Source: a virus
Direction: 5' to 3' (one strand)
Virus record (IMG/VR): IMGVR_UViG_3300034061_002899
Length of the DNA stretch: 64,000 nt
The position numbers and the translations under genes were made by a program. How positions within the stretch are numbered: the stretch's first letter is position 1; each line of letters begins with the position of its first letter. Positions 19,593 to 27,043 of the stretch are shown here, in pieces. Under the pieces are notes generated by a model. It was not told where the DNA came from. It was given only the letters and a program-made list of their open reading frames with translations, and made no database searches.

Positions 19593-19668
19593 TGGTGGGT
19601 CGTGACAGGCTCGAACTGCCGACATTCTGCGTGTAAGGCAGACGCTCTACCAACTGAGCTAACGACCC
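19593..19668 (-). tRNA. tRNA-Val(TAC)
   Basis: Cloverleaf, TAC anticodon, CCA. Confidence 0.95.
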
Positions 19669-19678
19669 TTTATTTTAT

Positions 19679-19864
19679 TTAACCACCTTGTTCACTGTCT
19701 TTAACATTTCCCCAATCAATGACTGGCTTTTCTACATTCATGTCAGGGAGAGGAGGAGGAACGTATCGTTCTTTTGGTGGCTTCTTACCGAATATAGCAT
19801 CATGCTTATCGGCTAATTCCTCTAAACTTATACTAAATGGTCTTGGTCTACTACCTTTACTCAT
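19679..19864 (-). CDS. Hypothetical protein
   Basis: MSKGSRPRP N-terminus; AAGGA SD. Confidence 0.7.
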   Translation of the reverse strand: MSKGSRPRPFSISLEELADKHDAIFGKKPPKERYVPPPLPDMNVEKPVIDWGNVKDSEQGG

Positions 19865-19886
19865 TTGATTTCCTTTAAATTAAACT

Positions 19887-19963
19887 TGGTCGGAGTACAA
19901 GGATTCGAACCTTGGACCCCCTGGTCCCAAACCAGGTGCGCTACCAGACTGCGCCACACTCCG
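19887..19963 (-). tRNA. tRNA-Pro(TGG)
   Basis: Cloverleaf, TGG anticodon, CCA. Confidence 0.95.
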
Positions 19964-19990
19964 AATTATTTATAGCCCGATGTTATCGAA

Positions 19991-20626
19991 TCACTTTTTC
20001 CACAAGTGACTCACATCATCAGGCATTTTGTATTCATTTCGATATTGCAATATAGTAATATCATCATACTGATCTTTACCATTCCAAGGTGCACCTAATG
20101 CTAATGTAACCTTACATTCATCTGATGTGTTAATCATCCCGTGAGGGAAGCCACCATCCATTACAAATGCATGTTCTATATCAGGAGCAGATACTTTTCC
20201 TTTATCAGTAATCCAGTATAGTGTACTAGTATTACCTTGCAAAACAATTCTTATCTTATGTTGTAACGTGTTCAACTCATGGGGACTACAATCAATATGT
20301 TCGTTGTTTGCCCCACCTGGTTTTGTTATCAACGCCATTACTCTAGCTTTACAGCCTATCCAGGGAAAAATATAATCTTCAAACCAATCAACGATTACTG
20401 CAGGAGTATGACTAACCCAACAAAAGTCACCCGGTTGATTATTACTAGTTCCGTCGACACCTATCCCGCCTTTAGTGTTTAAAGGAAACATTTGTGTATG
20501 TCTATAGTTGTCCCAAAAACTTAACTTACTATCAAGTGCTAAAATTTCTTTGGAGGCTTTTTTCTTATCTAAGATGGGTATACCATCTATTCTAGCAAAC
20601 AACAAATTATCGGCTGGTTTAATCAT
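19991..20626 (-). CDS. Double-stranded beta-helix dioxygenase-like protein (Asp/Asn beta-hydroxylase-like)
   Basis: HID...H (PHG..N) facial triad pattern. Confidence 0.6.
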   Translation of the reverse strand: MIKPADNLLFARIDGIPILDKKKASKEILALDSKLSFWDNYRHTQMFPLNTKGGIGVDGTSNNQPGDFCWVSHTPAVIVDWFEDYIFPWIGCKARVMALITKPGGANNEHIDCSPHELNTLQHKIRIVLQGNTSTLYWITDKGKVSAPDIEHAFVMDGGFPHGMINTSDECKVTLALGAPWNGKDQYDDITILQYRNEYKMPDDVSHLWKK

Positions 20627-20635
20627 ATAATATAT

Positions 20636-21163
20636 TTATGTTAATAGAAACACTGGATCAATATCTGTAGCAACCGTCATACAGATTCTTGGAACTGTAT
20701 TCATATTTGTATGCACTCTATGTGGTTCTTGAACCCTAATTACTGTAGGTCTAATGATTTCAACCTCTGCTACCTTAGTAGGTATTGAATTATCTTTCAA
20801 TAAGTAATAAGGTATTCCATTCTGTTGAAAAAACATAGTATACTCACCACCTGAATAAAATTCAGTGCGTGAGCCTTCGCAATTCAAAATAGGAATATTG
20901 ATTCGACATTGTGATTTAAGATTACTCTTATAGTCAATATGAACTTTAGAATGTTCTTGTAGGAAGGTTACGTACAACGCAACTTTTTTTACCTTTAGAT
21001 TATAGTCTGCAAACGCAGACAATATTTCAGGACAATATTCAAGGTAGTCCTTATCTAGTAAGGAGAACCCTACTCTCACCGATGAATGATGTTCAAGAAA
21101 CTTTTTGGTCTTTTCTTGAATGACCTCAAAGTTTTGTATTTCAATCTGATTAAAATATTTCAT
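20636..21163 (-). CDS. Dioxygenase-like (cupin/2OG-Fe) protein
   Basis: HID, INIPI.NC, PH.V...R motifs. Confidence 0.6.
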   Translation of the reverse strand: MKYFNQIEIQNFEVIQEKTKKFLEHHSSVRVGFSLLDKDYLEYCPEILSAFADYNLKVKKVALYVTFLQEHSKVHIDYKSNLKSQCRINIPILNCEGSRTEFYSGGEYTMFFQQNGIPYYLLKDNSIPTKVAEVEIIRPTVIRVQEPHRVHTNMNTVPRICMTVATDIDPVFLLT

Positions 21164-21166
21164 ATT

Positions 21167-21241
21167 TGGATGCGGGTGACAGATTCGAACTGCCGATGCA
21201 CCTGGCTTATGAGACCGGTGTGGTGACCAACCCTACCCGCG
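21167..21241 (-). tRNA. tRNA-Met(CAT), initiator-like, atypical D-arm
   Basis: 5' CGCGGG with C1:A72 mismatch, CTCATAA loop, TTCGAAT, CCA; short D-arm. Confidence 0.75.
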
Positions 21242-21244
21242 TAA

Positions 21245-21313
21245 TTTATAAATGTATTTCTTTTTCACTTACAGAGCCAGTCTTATCAGCTGGGTATGAA
21301 ACACATTTATAAA
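21245..21313 (-). ncRNA. Long-stem hairpin element A
   Basis: 16-nt arms TTTATAAATGTGTTTC / GAAATACATTTATAAA (one G-U) just 5' of the tRNA. Confidence 0.55.
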
Positions 21314-21508
21314 GTGAGACTGCTACTACACCACATAGCCCAGTCTCTGAGTTGTTACACTGTCCACTTCTTCAATCTAGACGGTTAGAAGTCCGCCTTT
21401 GTGATTTTTCAAGTCGCTTTAAACAAGCCTTGCAGTAGATCCAATGCACTGTGCTATTAAGGTATTAGCAATTACCTAACTCTATTACGCTGAGTTAACG
21501 CGGGTTTA
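21314..21508 (-). ncRNA. Unassigned structured RNA, copy 1
   Basis: No ORF; several hairpins; shares UGGACAG.GUAAC..CUCA and GG/UAG internal-loop hairpin with 25861-26057. Confidence 0.55.
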
Positions 21509-21509
21509 T

Positions 21510-21585
21510 TGGTGGAGGATACCGGGATCGAACCGATGACCTACTGGTTGCAAACCAGTCGCTCTCCCAACTGAGCTAATCCCCC
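21510..21585 (-). tRNA. tRNA-Ala(TGC)
   Basis: Cloverleaf, TGC anticodon, G3-U70, CCA. Confidence 0.95.
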
Positions 21586-21972
21586 TCATCTCAGTAAGCC
21601 TCTACTTCCTCGTCCACTACCTTTATTCTTGGCAGCATATGATGCAGTTTGGCTATGACAGTTTGGACACAACAGCCTTACATTTTCAGGCATATTATTA
21701 CCAGCATTGCCATCTATATGATCTAACTGTAATGCTAACGGCACATTGTTATGTATTCCGTTATTACTACAACAAGCACATTTATATCCTGTTAGTTTTG
21801 TGATAATCTTATTCAGTGTCCGTCTATCTTTTACCTCACCTAAGTAAAATTTAGGCATAGTTAAATCTTTAAAAGTAAAATCAGCCTGACATTGATTGTC
21901 GCAAAACTTATTTTTATTATTACGCTTTACAGTGTTTTCTCTGTTACAGTGTAGGCAGTTAAATGTATTCAT
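21586..21972 (-). CDS. HNH endonuclease
   Basis: CxxC, LQLDHIDG...NN...N.RLLCPNCH. Confidence 0.9.
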   Translation of the reverse strand: MNTFNCLHCNRENTVKRNNKNKFCDNQCQADFTFKDLTMPKFYLGEVKDRRTLNKIITKLTGYKCACCSNNGIHNNVPLALQLDHIDGNAGNNMPENVRLLCPNCHSQTASYAAKNKGSGRGSRGLLR

Positions 21973-22051
21973 AGTATAATTCTTTGTAGTCCGTATACTA
22001 TTTATGCAAACGCTCTACATTTTGATATTTACCTACACCCCCAATATTCTT

Positions 22052-22128
22052 TGGTGCCCTAGGAGAGACTCGAACTCTCAGTTTACGGCTTCTAAGACCG
22101 CTGTGTCTACCAATTTCACCACCAGGGC
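22052..22128 (-). tRNA. tRNA-Leu(TAG), short variable arm
   Basis: Leu-type D-loop, CTTAGAA loop, CCA; no long variable arm. Confidence 0.85.
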
Positions 22129-22188
22129 ATTCATTTCAATACGTATTGTAACAGAGAACTATTTATCTGTCTACTGTTTTGGATAACT

Positions 22189-22262
22189 TGGAGCGGGGTA
22201 ACAGAATCGAACTGTCCGCATCAGATTGGAAATCTGAGGTATTACCACTATACGAACCCCGC
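22189..22262 (-). tRNA. tRNA-Gly(TCC)
   Basis: Cloverleaf, TCC anticodon, CCA. Confidence 0.95.
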
Positions 22263-23030
22263 TTATATATATTTTCTTTCACTTAACCAGGGCACAATAA
22301 CCTCATCAACAAATTCTTTATGCATCTCTGTTGTGGGGTGATGTGGACCTGTAAGAATATTCCATTCTTCAGGATTAGACTCTGCGTATTTTGAATTTTT
22401 TGATATCCAATTATACTGACTAGTTATAGGAAGATACTGCTCTGTATCAATTTGTTTATATAAGTAATCTATTTCAGGATGTGTTATATTTTCAGGCAGA
22501 ACAATATTATCGTCCATATAATTAGTAAAAAAATATTTAATATTTTTTGATTTTAGAAACCATTGTGTTTTCAATATATGCTCAATCGAATATATACTTG
22601 ATCCTATTTCATCATGGAACATTTTATAATATGTCATCGCTTCTTTATTATTTTCTGCCCAATTGGTATTAAGTATTACCCAATTTTTTGTACTATCTTT
22701 TACAAAACCAGTTGGATTTTCCATCCATCCATTATGTACTTTATCAGATACAAAATGTAATAAACCAGGTGATGTACATCTAAAGTCATGTCTATTAGAA
22801 CCACTCCACATAACACCTACTAGTATATCTTCTGGTTTATGTGTCTTTAGTGCTTCTAGTACACCATATATTATACTTCTACTTATAAGTCCGTTACCCT
22901 GACTACCCATTGCATAACTCTTATGATCATAGTCAGTTAATTCTTTAGATAAATGTATAGGCCACGCTTTATTTGCATAACTAATACATTCACTAAAACT
23001 ACAACCTGAGGTGATTAATAATTTTTTCAT
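22263..23030 (-). CDS. SGNH hydrolase-like protein
   Basis: GCSFS, GN..I, MWSG..R, HP...H motifs. Confidence 0.65.
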   Translation of the reverse strand: MKKLLITSGCSFSECISYANKAWPIHLSKELTDYDHKSYAMGSQGNGLISRSIIYGVLEALKTHKPEDILVGVMWSGSNRHDFRCTSPGLLHFVSDKVHNGWMENPTGFVKDSTKNWVILNTNWAENNKEAMTYYKMFHDEIGSSIYSIEHILKTQWFLKSKNIKYFFTNYMDDNIVLPENITHPEIDYLYKQIDTEQYLPITSQYNWISKNSKYAESNPEEWNILTGPHHPTTEMHKEFVDEVIVPWLSERKYI

Positions 23031-23040
23031 AAATATACTT

Positions 23041-23208
23041 ATGCACATTTACGATGCTATTACAAATTCCGGATTACACATCCATCTTTCAATGATGGAA
23101 GATGAATCCTTTTACATTATGGTACATGATCTTGTGAACTTCACTATGCAAATGAAGTTCTTTAGTAGCGTTGAGCCTGCTAGAGCATTTATTCAATCAC
23201 TAGAATAA
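23041..23208 (+). CDS. Small hypothetical protein
   Basis: ATG 23041 just after TAAATA; 55 aa. Confidence 0.5.
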   Translation: MHIYDAITNSGLHIHLSMMEDESFYIMVHDLVNFTMQMKFFSSVEPARAFIQSLE

Positions 23209-23210
23209 TT

Positions 23211-23284
23211 TGGCATCCCCCCAAGGATTCGAACCTTGACTAACGGTTTTGGAGACCGGTATGCTGCCATTACATTAGGGAGAT
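23211..23284 (-). tRNA. tRNA-Trp(CCA)
   Basis: Cloverleaf, CTCCAAA loop, G73 CCA. Confidence 0.9.
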
Positions 23285-23815
23285 ATTTAATTCTTTTAAT
23301 TTGTCTAAGTAATGTGATTGACCTTTACTGACCATTGAACGCCAGTCATTTAGTGAATCATCATTGGCTCCGTCACTAACAAACTTGTAACATAGAAACT
23401 CTACTTTATGTTTCCTGCATACTTTCGCAATAGCGTATGCTTCCATATCTACTACATCAGCAGGAATTAATAAGTTACTATCTGTGACAAAGTTATCACC
23501 TGTACTACAAGTTAATCCATCACCATTATCAATGATGATAGTATCTTCAAATGGTGTTTGACCTGGTAGACTACCTAACTCACAGCACATCATATCACGT
23601 TGAATAAACTTTGACACTTGATGGAATCCTGACTTAACAGTAACTCCACCTGCTGTACCAAAGTTGATAACACGATCAGGGTTGTACTTGGCAATCAACT
23701 CAGCCGCAGTCATTGCGGCATTTACTTTTCCTACACCTGTGTAAAATACTTTCATACTGAAAGCCATGTCAGGTGCTTCTTCTTTCAATGCAATTAATAT
23801 TAAATCTTTTTTCAT
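23270..23815 (-). CDS. mtnN: 5'-methylthioadenosine/S-adenosylhomocysteine nucleosidase-like protein
   Basis: GVGKVNAA, INFGTAG, TGD.F, DMEAYAIA, SD.A motifs. Confidence 0.8.
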   Translation of the reverse strand: MKKDLILIALKEEAPDMAFSMKVFYTGVGKVNAAMTAAELIAKYNPDRVINFGTAGGVTVKSGFHQVSKFIQRDMMCCELGSLPGQTPFEDTIIIDNGDGLTCSTGDNFVTDSNLLIPADVVDMEAYAIAKVCRKHKVEFLCYKFVSDGANDDSLNDWRSMVSKGQSHYLDKLKELNISLM

Positions 23816-23824
23816 AAATTCTCT

Positions 23825-23916
23825 TGGTGGAAACGGTGAGATTCGAACTCACGGGACGCATTAACATCCGACAGTTTTCAAGACTGTTGCAATAAACCGG
23901 GCTCTGCCACGCTTCC
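23825..23916 (-). tRNA. tRNA-Ser(TGA)
   Basis: Long variable arm, CTTGAAA loop, CCA. Confidence 0.95.
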
Positions 23917-24104
23917 TATTTTATTAGTATATCTACGTTTTGACCTTTAGCGGCAGGTTCTATTTTTCCTGTATTGTCGTAAAGGTATTGTATGACTTCT
24001 AAAACTGTTTTATTTGTCTTAGGATCTACTAGAGTACGATACTCGGTGTTGCGATATTGGTTATAAACCATATCCCAACTGTTTGTTATACTTTGTACTA
24101 TCAT
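23916..24104 (-). CDS. Hypothetical protein
   Basis: 62 aa, TAAATA just upstream. Confidence 0.55.
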   Translation of the reverse strand: MIVQSITNSWDMVYNQYRNTEYRTLVDPKTNKTVLEVIQYLYDNTGKIEPAAKGQNVDILIK

Positions 24105-24118
24105 ATAGTATTTATTAT

Positions 24119-24211
24119 ACCATATAGAAACACACTTTTAAACCTTTCTTCAGCGTTTAGTCGCTATCTCCCTTACTAATCGGGCGTAGGGTAAATGTGT
24201 TTTTATATGGT
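24119..24211 (-). ncRNA. Long-stem hairpin element B
   Basis: ACCATATAAAAACACA / TGTGTTTCTATATGGT arms enclosing two small hairpins; begins at the tRNA-Lys ACCA. Confidence 0.55.
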
Positions 24212-24281
24212 AGGAGTGTTCGGGAACGATCCGAATTTTACCGGTTAAAAGCCGGTTACTTCACCTTAAAGTTTCACTCCC
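24208..24281 (-). tRNA. tRNA-Lys(TTT), atypical T-loop
   Basis: CTTTTAA loop, acceptor stem and CCA intact; T-loop ATCGTTC instead of TTCGAAT. Confidence 0.75.
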
Positions 24282-24341
24282 ATAAGTCGTAATGATTGAT
24301 TTTACGTGCCAATCATAGACCTACGGAAGTCTATGATGACA

Positions 24342-24362
24342 CTATCGCTTACTGCGTTTCAT
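24342..24362 (-). other. Minigene MKRSKR with strong SD, followed by a hairpin
   Basis: AAAGGAAACGAC-ATG AAA CGC AGT AAG CGA TAG, then TCATAGAC/GTCTATGA hairpin. Confidence 0.45.
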
Positions 24363-24385
24363 GTCGTTTCCTTTGTTAAAAAATT

Positions 24386-24461
24386 TGGAGTGGGTGACAG
24401 GGGTCGAACCTGCATGTCACGGATTTGCAATCCGCTACCTAACCATTCAGTACACACCCAC
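24386..24461 (-). tRNA. tRNA-Cys(GCA)
   Basis: TTGCAAA loop, U73, CCA. Confidence 0.92.
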
Positions 24462-24470
24462 ATATTGCTC

Positions 24471-24666
24471 TGGCATCCCCCGGCGGTAATTATAGAGTAT
24501 CAAGACATGACGCTATCATACCCATCACACACTCCTTCCACCCGCTTCCCGAAACAGGGACCGTTCTCGCATTGCCAGCGGCCTTTGGGTTTAAAGACTA
24601 CCACCCGTAGCTGTCACGCTACTTCTCATCCTGTGGGTCACAGTATCCGGAGACACCCGGAACGTT
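24471..24666 (-). ncRNA. Unassigned GC-rich structured RNA
   Basis: GC-rich island with several hairpins; 3' end GGGGGATGCCA is identical to the tRNA-Trp 3' end. Confidence 0.5.
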
Positions 24667-24682
24667 CTTTTATAAATACAGT

Positions 24683-24865
24683 ATGGATATCCAAGACTGC
24701 ATTGATATAGTTGAAAAGTTGTTGCGTCAAAACAACCGTAATTATAAGGATAGCCACGAACAATTATTATATGAACGAGGTTACCTTACTGGTATGCTTG
24801 CTCGGATGATGATTGAAAATCCTATGTTTCGCAATGAAATCATAGACCGAGCAAAAAAGAAATGA
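24683..24865 (+). CDS. Hypothetical protein
   Basis: TATAAATA just upstream; helical 60-aa ORF. Confidence 0.6.
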   Translation: MDIQDCIDIVEKLLRQNNRNYKDSHEQLLYERGYLTGMLARMMIENPMFRNEIIDRAKKK

Positions 24866-24866
24866 T

Positions 24867-24954
24867 TGGTGGAGAGTGTGGGATTCGAACCCACGCACCC
24901 ATTGCTGGATGACAGATTAGCAATCTGTTGGTTTAACCACTCACCCAACTCTCC
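24867..24954 (-). tRNA. tRNA-Ser(GCT)
   Basis: Long variable arm, GCT anticodon, CCA. Confidence 0.95.
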
Positions 24955-24960
24955 TATACA

Positions 24961-25037
24961 TGGTGCCTCCGACAGGACTCGAACCTGTAACCAATGGATT
25001 ATGAGTCCACTGCTCTAACCAATTGAGCTACCGAGGC
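24961..25037 (-). tRNA. tRNA-CAT (Met or Ile2)
   Basis: Cloverleaf, CTCATAA loop, CCA; Met versus lysidine-Ile cannot be decided by eye. Confidence 0.9.
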
Positions 25038-25044
25038 GCTATTT

Positions 25045-25449
25045 TTAATTATTTCTTAAAACTTGTTCTCGCCTTTCTTTGACGATTTCATTTCTTTTAC
25101 TAACATCTTTTATTTTTTGTATATCCAAACAATCTCTAATACAATCGTCAGGTAATGCCATATTTTTTCTAACAAGTTTAGCAACTTCTAATTCATTTGG
25201 TAATAACCCGCGAAGGCCGTTAAAGGGTCTTTTCCACATTCCGTTATCTACTGCATGACAGGTTATACATGTATGATCGGGCATTGAAGGTCGCATGTCT
25301 CTAGCTAAATGATTACCTGTTAACTTAGAGCATACATAGTTATCTGTTACTGTGGGGTATTCTATACCACAACTATTAGTTGAGATTGGTTTTAATGTTG
25401 AACACCCGGTAAGTAAAAGAAACATTAATACTAAGCCTATTTTTTTCAT
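25045..25449 (-). CDS. Lipoprotein with CxxCH (putative c-type heme) motif
   Basis: Lipobox LTGC; CITCH. Confidence 0.6.
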   Translation of the reverse strand: MKKIGLVLMFLLLTGCSTLKPISTNSCGIEYPTVTDNYVCSKLTGNHLARDMRPSMPDHTCITCHAVDNGMWKRPFNGLRGLLPNELEVAKLVRKNMALPDDCIRDCLDIQKIKDVSKRNEIVKERREQVLRNN

Positions 25450-25485
25450 GTATCACCCTTTATATGGACAGAGAACTTAAAAATT

Positions 25486-25571
25486 TGGTGCGACTGGCCG
25501 GAATCGAACCGGCACGCTGTTACGGCGAGAGATTTTAAGTCTCTTGTGTCTACCTATTTCACCACAGTCGC
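25486..25571 (-). tRNA. tRNA-Leu(TAA)
   Basis: Long variable arm, TAA anticodon, CCA. Confidence 0.95.
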
Positions 25572-25619
25572 AAATCTTGTTATCATTATATATCATACAA
25601 TGATTGTAGTCAAATATTA

Positions 25620-25696
25620 TGGCGCACCGTAGGGGACTCGAACCCCTGGCCTCATGCGTGACAGGCATGCGATCTAACCAACTGATCTAACGGTGC
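25620..25696 (-). tRNA. tRNA-Asp(GTC)
   Basis: Cloverleaf, GTC anticodon, G73 CCA. Confidence 0.95.
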
Positions 25697-25768
25697 AAAA
25701 TCTGTGATAGTTTCTATACAACCCATTGAAACTAACAAACATTGAGTATATTGCTACACTATTTGTCT

Positions 25769-25852
25769 TGGTGGAGACGGTTGGAGTTGAACCAACAGTG
25801 CCGAAGCGGAAGATTTACAGTCTCCTGGGGTTACCAATTTTCCTACATCTCC
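25769..25852 (-). tRNA. tRNA-Tyr(GTA)
   Basis: GTA anticodon, variable arm, CCA. Confidence 0.93.
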
Positions 25853-25860
25853 AAAATTAG

Positions 25861-26057
25861 TATAAGCTACTTGTTTCCACACAAGCCCTTAATTGAGCGG
25901 TTACTCTGTCCATCTCATTTATTCAAAGTCTGTGTGCAGTGAGAATCTGCCTATCAGAGCCTGCGAGGGTATTTTTAATCCTCACGCTAACGGTTTTCTG
26001 CCACCGGATCTCTATCATTAATCAAACGCTATTTTAACGAAAATAGTAACGGGATAC
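25861..26057 (-). ncRNA. Unassigned structured RNA, copy 2
   Basis: No ORF; multiple hairpins; paralogous 3' core with 21314-21508. Confidence 0.55.
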
Positions 26058-26133
26058 TGGAGCTCGGTACGGGATTCGAACCCGTGTGAATGCCGTGAAA
26101 GGGCACTATCCTAGGCCACTAGATGAACCGAGC
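26058..26133 (-). tRNA. tRNA-Glu(TTC)
   Basis: Cloverleaf, TTC anticodon, CCA. Confidence 0.93.
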
Positions 26134-26137
26134 ATTA

Positions 26138-26265
26138 TGTTATTAGTTTTGCTGACGCACTATTTGCTATGTCTCAACGGAATTGGTGGCCACACTACCG
26201 TTTATCGTCATAGTTACGTAGGGTTGACGTTTACCCAAGGGCTTACATCAGCAAAACTAATAACA
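26138..26265 (-). ncRNA. Long-stem structured element C
   Basis: Perfect 18-bp arms TGTTATTAGTTTTGCTGA / TCAGCAAAACTAATAACA around a ~90-nt structured core. Confidence 0.6.
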
Positions 26266-26267
26266 CA

Positions 26268-26480
26268 CTATATGAAAACACACTATGGGAACTACTAAAC
26301 AAATAGTCAGTACCGTCTACTGATTCAATGTCATTCGTCATTACTGCCTAACTGCCCGTCACGTTCGTAACTTTCGTTATCATACGCTTCTTGTACTCTA
26401 TGCGAAGCCAGTCCGTCAACTGGTTATGCTTCCATAGAGTACCTAACGGATCAGGTAACCCTTAATATGTTTACATATAG
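26268..26480 (-). ncRNA. Long-stem multibranch element D
   Basis: CTATATGTAAACAT / GTGTTTTCATATAG closing stem; internal GTACTCTATG/CATAGAGTAC, GAAA tetraloop and TCAGTA/TACTGA stems. Confidence 0.6.
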
Positions 26481-26514
26481 AGCCCTGAACTTAACAGGGA
26501 TATATGAATTCTAA

Positions 26515-26526
26515 ATTTTAAAGAAC
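26515..26526 (-). promoter_or_regulatory. boxA-like antitermination site
   Basis: GTTCTTTAAAAT about 35 nt downstream of a promoter, resembling rrn boxA (TGCTCTTTAACA). Confidence 0.5.
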
Positions 26527-26566
26527 TTTGTTGAAATGTCTGATGACTTTCTCAACTCATGCTATG

Positions 26567-26595
26567 ATTGTATCATAACTTCCATTTGTTGTCAA
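26567..26595 (-). promoter_or_regulatory. Sigma70 promoter inside the tRNA array
   Basis: TTGACA-17 bp-TACAAT. Confidence 0.7.
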
Positions 26596-26648
26596 ATTCT
26601 TTTTTGTGTCTCTGTTTCCAAGAACTTGTTCAATCAATCTATAACTAG

Positions 26649-26677
26649 AGTATAGCACTAAACTGATTTATTGTCAA
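26649..26677 (-). promoter_or_regulatory. Sigma70 promoter inside the tRNA array
   Basis: TTGACA-ataaatcagtttagtgc-TATACT. Confidence 0.75.
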
Positions 26678-26681
26678 ATTT

Positions 26682-26756
26682 TGGTCCGGGGTACAGGAAT
26701 CGAACCTGTATTGACTGCTTAGAAGGCAGCTGTATTATCCATTATACTAACCCCAG
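26682..26756 (-). tRNA. tRNA-Arg(TCT)
   Basis: Cloverleaf, TCT anticodon, CCA. Confidence 0.93.
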
Positions 26757-26777
26757 ATAAATGTCTAACTTGCCTCT

Positions 26778-26806
26778 ATTATAGCAGAGAATTGATTTAT
26801 TGTCAA
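26778..26806 (-). promoter_or_regulatory. Sigma70 promoter for tRNA-Arg(TCT)
   Basis: TTGACA-ataaatcaattctctgc-TATAAT. Confidence 0.8.
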
Positions 26807-26827
26807 GTGTGACAATAACTATTTGAT

Positions 26828-26903
26828 TGGCTCCCCGACCTGGGCTCGAACCAGGGACCTACGGATTAACAGTCCGGTGCTCTACCAACTGAGCTATCGA
26901 GGA
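26828..26903 (-). tRNA. tRNA-Asn(GTT)
   Basis: Cloverleaf, GTT anticodon, CCA. Confidence 0.95.
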
Positions 26904-26908
26904 ATATT

Positions 26909-26983
26909 TGGTGCCCCAGGTTAGAATCGAACTAACTACCTACCGCTTACAAGGCGGGTGCTCTACCAGTGAGCTACAAGGGC
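26909..26983 (-). tRNA. tRNA-Thr(TGT)
   Basis: Cloverleaf, TGT anticodon, CCA. Confidence 0.95.
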
Positions 26984-27013
26984 TTTTGTCTTACGACTTG
27001 TTTATTTAACAGT

Positions 27014-27042
27014 ATTGTATCATAGGAAAACTTTTTTGTCAA
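27014..27042 (-). promoter_or_regulatory. Sigma70 promoter
   Basis: TTGACA-17 bp-TACAAT. Confidence 0.65.
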
Positions 27043-27043
27043 C

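Noticed and set aside
21260-21300. Hammerhead ribozyme (CUGAUAA...GAAA on the minus strand)
   Set aside because: The core deviates from CUGANGA and I could not build stems I-III around a cleavage triplet.
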